Assembly (NCBI GenBank): GCA_965371515.1
Contig: CBDUYR010000021.1
Coordinates: forward strand, 1-49,195
Length of the DNA: 49,195 nucleotides
Direction: 5' to 3'
Origin: an uncultured bacterium
GTDB lineage: Bacteria; Krumholzibacteriota; Krumholzibacteriia; Krumholzibacteriales; Krumholzibacteriaceae
Each line of letters begins with the position of its first letter. The first letter of the stretch is position 1. This document shows, piece after piece, positions 45,308 through 49,195 of the stretch. Made by a program: the position numbers and the translations under genes. A model generated the notes under the pieces. The model did not search any database, was not told the origin of the DNA, and saw only the letters and a list, made by a program, of their open reading frames with translations.

Positions 45308-47983
45308 ATGAATCGTTGCCTGAAAGTCGTATCTATCCTCTCCATTATGGCGATCTTTGCAGGGATACCTGCGCTTCGCGCGAACTGGCAACCCAACGGG
45401 ACCATCGTCTGCAATGCGGCCGGCGATCAGTACGAAGCCCTGGTAATAAACGACGGTGCGGGAGGAATCATAACGGCATGGCTCGATGACAGGGGATCAG
45501 ACGCGGATATCTACGCCCGGAGGGTGGACGGACATGGAAACGCCCTCTGGACCGTGGACGGCGTGCCTGTCTGTACGGCGGCCGGCTGGCAAAACAATAT
45601 GAAGATCGTATCCGACGGCGCGGGCAGCGCGATCATAGCCTGGCTGGACCAACGAATTCCCATCGAGGCAATATTCGCTCAGCGGATCGATTCGACAGGA
45701 GCCGCGATGTGGACCGCGGACGGCGACACCGTCTTCACCGAGATTAATTCGATTGATGAGTTTAACATGATCTCGGACGGCGCCGGGGGGGCGATCGTCG
45801 TCTGGATGGATAACCGCCACGGCGAATACGATCTCTTCGCCCAGCGAATCGACGGGAATGGAACGAGACTCTGGGCACACACTGGCGTTCCCGTCTGCAC
45901 ATACGCAGGAACCCAACGCGATATGGAAATCATCGCGGCCGGTGGAGGAGAGTTCATCATCGTATGGACAGACGACAGGGCAATCAATGACGATATCTAC
46001 GCGCAGAAAATTGATATGACCGGTGCGCTTCTCTGGAACTCCGACGGCGTAGCGGTCTGCGCCGATCCCGACGCGCAGGATTCGCCGGTCCTCGCAACGG
46101 ACGGCGCGGGCGGCGCTATCATAGCCTGGAACGACGGGCGGGGTGGAGATGGGGAGGCCTATGGCCAGCGCATCCACAGCGCCGGCTGGACACTGTGGGC
46201 GGTCGACGGCATCAGTCTTGTCAGCGGCCCGGGCGATCGCACCATGCCGCAGATTATCACGGATGGAACGGGAGGCGCGATCTTCGTCTTCATATCGTTC
46301 GACGGGATGTACGTCAAGGTGCTGGCGCAGAGAATAGACGGTTCCGGTATCCCGCAGTGGTGGGAAGAAGGAGTGATGGTCTGTCCCGGTGAATGGGAGA
46401 CCTACTCCGAGTTCATCGCCTCCGACGGGGCAGGAGGAGCGATCATCGGCTTTGCCGACATGCGTGATGATAGTTATGTGAAACTGTACGCGCAGCGACT
46501 GGATCATAACGGAGAACCCCTCTGGAAATATTATAGCGTCCCCCTCTACGAGGAAGACGCCGAGCCCGACTGGCTCGCCCTTGTCGGCGACGGGGCTGGC
46601 GGCGCTTTCTTCGTCTGGCCGGACGACCGCAACGGCGACTATGATGTCTTTGCTTTGCGGATCAACGCGTACGGCGGTATCGGCGAATTCTACTCGCCGC
46701 CACTGATCACTTCGGCAGCCGACGTCCCGAACGACCAGGGCGGAAAGTTGACCCTCATGTGGAACGCGAGCCCTGCCGACACGCTTCCCGATTCGAATAT
46801 CGAGTACTACTCCGCCTGGAGGTTGCTGCCCGGACTCGGCGAGAGCGCCGTTACCACGATCGGGGAACTCGAGCAGCTGGGAATGGAGGAGAATTTCAGC
46901 GGCGACGCGGTCAGGTGGATCAACACAGCGGCCGGCGACGCATGGGAATGGCTCGCCAACATTCCGGCACGCCAGTCAGAGGAATACGCACTCATGATCG
47001 AGAGCCTTTACGATTCAATGGGATCGGATCCGGGATGGCAGTATTTCGTCGTCACGGCGCATTCCGCCGATCCGGCGATCTACTTCGACTCACCCGTCGA
47101 CAGCGGCTACTCTGTTGACAACCTGTCGCCTGCGCTGCCGCTGGCGTTCGGCGGCATCCAGAGCCTGGCGCCGCCGGGCCTGCACCTCTACTGGGAACTC
47201 GGGACCGAGCCCGACCTCTCCCACTACGAGGTCTACAAGGGAGCGACGGAGGATTTCGTGCCCGACGAATCGAACTTCGTAGGGAGCGTGGCCGATTCGA
47301 TTCTGCTCGACACCGGTTGGACGCCGGCGGACGAGGACTTCTTCAAGCTTGTCGCGGTCGACGTGCACGGGAACAAGGGGCCGGACGCCCTGTTGAAGCC
47401 AGAGAACATCTACGTCGGAACCCTGTTGCAGAGCTTCCAGGCGTCGTGGACCGATTCATGGATCGAGCTCGCCTGGACCTTGTCCGAAGCGGGTGACGGC
47501 CTGGAGTTCCACGCCACGCGGGCCGAGAGCCCTGGCGGTGAGTTCACCGAGATCACCGGCTACTCGCTGGAGAGGGACGGGATGTCGTTTGTGCTAAGGG
47601 ACCACAGTTGCGAGCCGGGCGTGACCTACGTCTACCGTGTAGAAGTCAACGACTCGGACGGCCTCAGGGTTCTGTTCGAGACGGAAGAAATAGAAGCGCC
47701 GGAGATGCCACTTACACTCTTCCAGAACGTGCCCAATCCGTTCAACCCGTCTACATCGATCGCCTTCTACCTGCCCGAGAGATCGAACGTGCGCATCGAT
47801 ATATACGATGTGGCAGGAAGACTCGTCACGACGCTCGTCGAAGGGACTCGCCCGGGCGGCAGACACACAGTCGAGTGGAACGGCAGCGATGTCTCGGGAA
47901 GAACCGCCGCGAGCGGTGTCTACTTCTACCGGTTGGTAGCCGGCAAGTTCGCGCAGACGAGGAAGATGATCCTGCTGAGATAA
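45308..47983 (+). CDS. Secreted 8-repeat beta-propeller protein with T9SS type-A/FlgD-like tail; paralog of 5680-8100
   Basis: SD AAGGAGG; 8 diverged DGAGGAII.W.D.R...DIYAQRID repeats; DVPNDQGG, SGYSVDNLSP; QNVPNPFNP...SGVYFYRL...RKMILLR. Confidence 0.85.
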   Translation: MNRCLKVVSILSIMAIFAGIPALRANWQPNGTIVCNAAGDQYEALVINDGAGGIITAWLDDRGSDADIYARRVDGHGNALWTVDGVPVCTAAGWQNNMKIVSDGAGSAIIAWLDQRIPIEAIFAQRIDSTGAAMWTADGDTVFTEINSIDEFNMISDGAGGAIVVWMDNRHGEYDLFAQRIDGNGTRLWAHTGVPVCTYAGTQRDMEIIAAGGGEFIIVWTDDRAINDDIYAQKIDMTGALLWNSDGVAVCADPDAQDSPVLATDGAGGAIIAWNDGRGGDGEAYGQRIHSAGWTLWAVDGISLVSGPGDRTMPQIITDGTGGAIFVFISFDGMYVKVLAQRIDGSGIPQWWEEGVMVCPGEWETYSEFIASDGAGGAIIGFADMRDDSYVKLYAQRLDHNGEPLWKYYSVPLYEEDAEPDWLALVGDGAGGAFFVWPDDRNGDYDVFALRINAYGGIGEFYSPPLITSAADVPNDQGGKLTLMWNASPADTLPDSNIEYYSAWRLLPGLGESAVTTIGELEQLGMEENFSGDAVRWINTAAGDAWEWLANIPARQSEEYALMIESLYDSMGSDPGWQYFVVTAHSADPAIYFDSPVDSGYSVDNLSPALPLAFGGIQSLAPPGLHLYWELGTEPDLSHYEVYKGATEDFVPDESNFVGSVADSILLDTGWTPADEDFFKLVAVDVHGNKGPDALLKPENIYVGTLLQSFQASWTDSWIELAWTLSEAGDGLEFHATRAESPGGEFTEITGYSLERDGMSFVLRDHSCEPGVTYVYRVEVNDSDGLRVLFETEEIEAPEMPLTLFQNVPNPFNPSTSIAFYLPERSNVRIDIYDVAGRLVTTLVEGTRPGGRHTVEWNGSDVSGRTAASGVYFYRLVAGKFAQTRKMILLR

Positions 47984-48055
47984 GCTTGTGACCGCTGCTG
48001 CGTACAGCGCATCTTTATGTAAGGGGCATGTGGAGTCCGAATGATTCGACCCCGT

Positions 48056-48931
48056 TCATGCAGTGACAGGGCTGTCGCTGTTGCTCGTGATCACGCCTCG
48101 TTCGACCGAGAAGAGCGTGTTCGCCGCCGCTATCCGCCCCATGATCTCGAGAGACAGGTTCAGGTAGTCCTCCATACCGTAACTTCTCGGACGGTAGCTG
48201 AAGACGTCTTTCCCGAACCTCGGTGACTCGGCGAGGACGATGTTCTCCCTGATGATCGTGTCGAGAAGCAGTGCGCCGTACTGTTGCTTCAGCGACTCGA
48301 CGACCGTGCGGCTCAACACCTTCCTGCCGTCGTAACGCGTGGCGATGAGGCCGCCGATCGTCAGATCGGGGTTAAGCCCGGTCATCACCGATTCGATCTT
48401 CTCCATAAGGCTCTCGAGGCTCTTCAGCGCGAGGTATTCCGTCTGGACGGGAACGAAGACTTTCCGTGAAGCGACGAGCGCGTTGGTCGAGATCAATCCG
48501 AGGCTCGGCGGGCAATCGAAGAGTATATAGTCGTAATCGCCGTTGATCCTCGCGATGGCCCTCCTGAGAAGATGCTCACGCTCGAAGGTGTTGGCAAATG
48601 CCGTATCGGCTTCGGCCATATCAAGCGAGGCCGGGATCACAGAGATAGAGAGCTGCGATTCACTGCCGCCGATGAAAATGCGCGCCCTCAAGGGCTTCGT
48701 GATGATCGCCTCGCGCGGATGGACCCTGCCGCGCATCACGTCGTATATCGTGTAATCTATCTCCTCAGGATCAATGCCGAGAAAACCCGTCAGATGACTC
48801 TGCGGATCGAGATCTATTATGAGGACTTTCTTCCCCAGGATAGTCAATCCCGCGCCGACGTTCACCACCGACGTTGTCTTGCCTACCCCGCCCTTCTGAT
48901 TAAGGAACGCTGCCGTCTCTGCCTGATGCAT
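48056..48931 (-). CDS. parA: ParA/Soj family ATPase
   Basis: NQKGGVGKTT, IDLDPQ, DYILFDCPPSLG, PVQTEY, IRENIVLAESP. Confidence 0.9.
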   Translation of the reverse strand: MHQAETAAFLNQKGGVGKTTSVVNVGAGLTILGKKVLIIDLDPQSHLTGFLGIDPEEIDYTIYDVMRGRVHPREAIITKPLRARIFIGGSESQLSISVIPASLDMAEADTAFANTFEREHLLRRAIARINGDYDYILFDCPPSLGLISTNALVASRKVFVPVQTEYLALKSLESLMEKIESVMTGLNPDLTIGGLIATRYDGRKVLSRTVVESLKQQYGALLLDTIIRENIVLAESPRFGKDVFSYRPRSYGMEDYLNLSLEIMGRIAAANTLFSVERGVITSNSDSPVTA

Positions 48932-49087
48932 CTTTCCTCCTAAATAAAATTATCCGGCCTGAAGGCCAGAAATAAGCCGCTCTGCAAAACCGGTGAAGTG
49001 GGCATTCTTACCCGAAGCCCCGTTTTATTCAATATTTATTTTTCGGGATCAGGCTGATTTCTATTGCGGAGCGTTTGAGCATACCAC

Positions 49088-49115
49088 AAAAAAAGGCGGG
49101 CCCGCGGGCCCGCCT
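49088..49115 (-). terminator. Rho-independent terminator
   Basis: AGGCGGGCCC-GC-GGGCCCGCCT hairpin followed by a T-run on the minus strand. Confidence 0.85.
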
Positions 49116-49138
49116 CAACTTGTTGTACGGCCAGGATT

Positions 49139-49195
49139 CTACCTCAGGAGGACCATTTTCCTTGTCAGGACTTCGTCCCCGGCCCTTAGCCTGTA
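49139..49195 (-). CDS. C-terminal fragment of another T9SS type-A/FlgD-tail protein
   Basis: Reads YRLRAGDEVLTRKMVLLR-stop, like the tails of 5680-8100 and 45308-47983. Confidence 0.75.
   Translation of the reverse strand, partial: YRLRAGDEVLTRKMVLLR

Overview
GC-rich bacterial chromosomal window. Many secreted proteins end in a 'QNxPNPFNP...SGVYFxRL...RKMILLR' tail (T9SS type-A/FlgD-like), which suggests an FCB-associated lineage such as Krumholzibacteriota, Eisenbacteria or Latescibacterota; this is inference only. Left to right: (1) a minus-strand operon of ZnF-UBP, mobA, an SDR, egtD and a molybdopterin oxidoreductase that runs off the window and is absent from the ORF track, probably anaerobic metallopterin-dependent ergothioneine synthesis; (2) an AAA/DUF4143 ATPase; (3) an 8-repeat propeller protein with a CTD tail; (4) an IS3 left-end remnant; (5) oadGAB; (6) a metal-uptake operon (porin, binding protein, two permeases, no ATPase) led by a CxxC/RGPP candidate arrest peptide; (7) a decayed AT-richer regulator patch; (8) a membrane-TPR protein, an MFS transporter, a DUF5916-like protein and a PhnD-like protein plus hybrid kinase; (9) an 8-gene operon joining a CTD-tailed Ig-repeat cargo, a PorV/PorP-like barrel, a large TPR protein and ExbB-ExbD-ExbD-TonB; (10) a giant FG-GAP sensor kinase and a sigma54 activator, with matching sigma54 promoters and TGCGCA-N5-TGCGCA sites, one driving an unannotated ~140-nt candidate sRNA; (11) a second propeller paralog, an orphan ParA and the tail of a third CTD protein. 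The strongest novelty candidates are the PorV/TonB-ExbBD operon, the sigma54 sRNA circuit and the RGPP-leader metal operon. All family calls come from motif recognition by eye; no searches were run.
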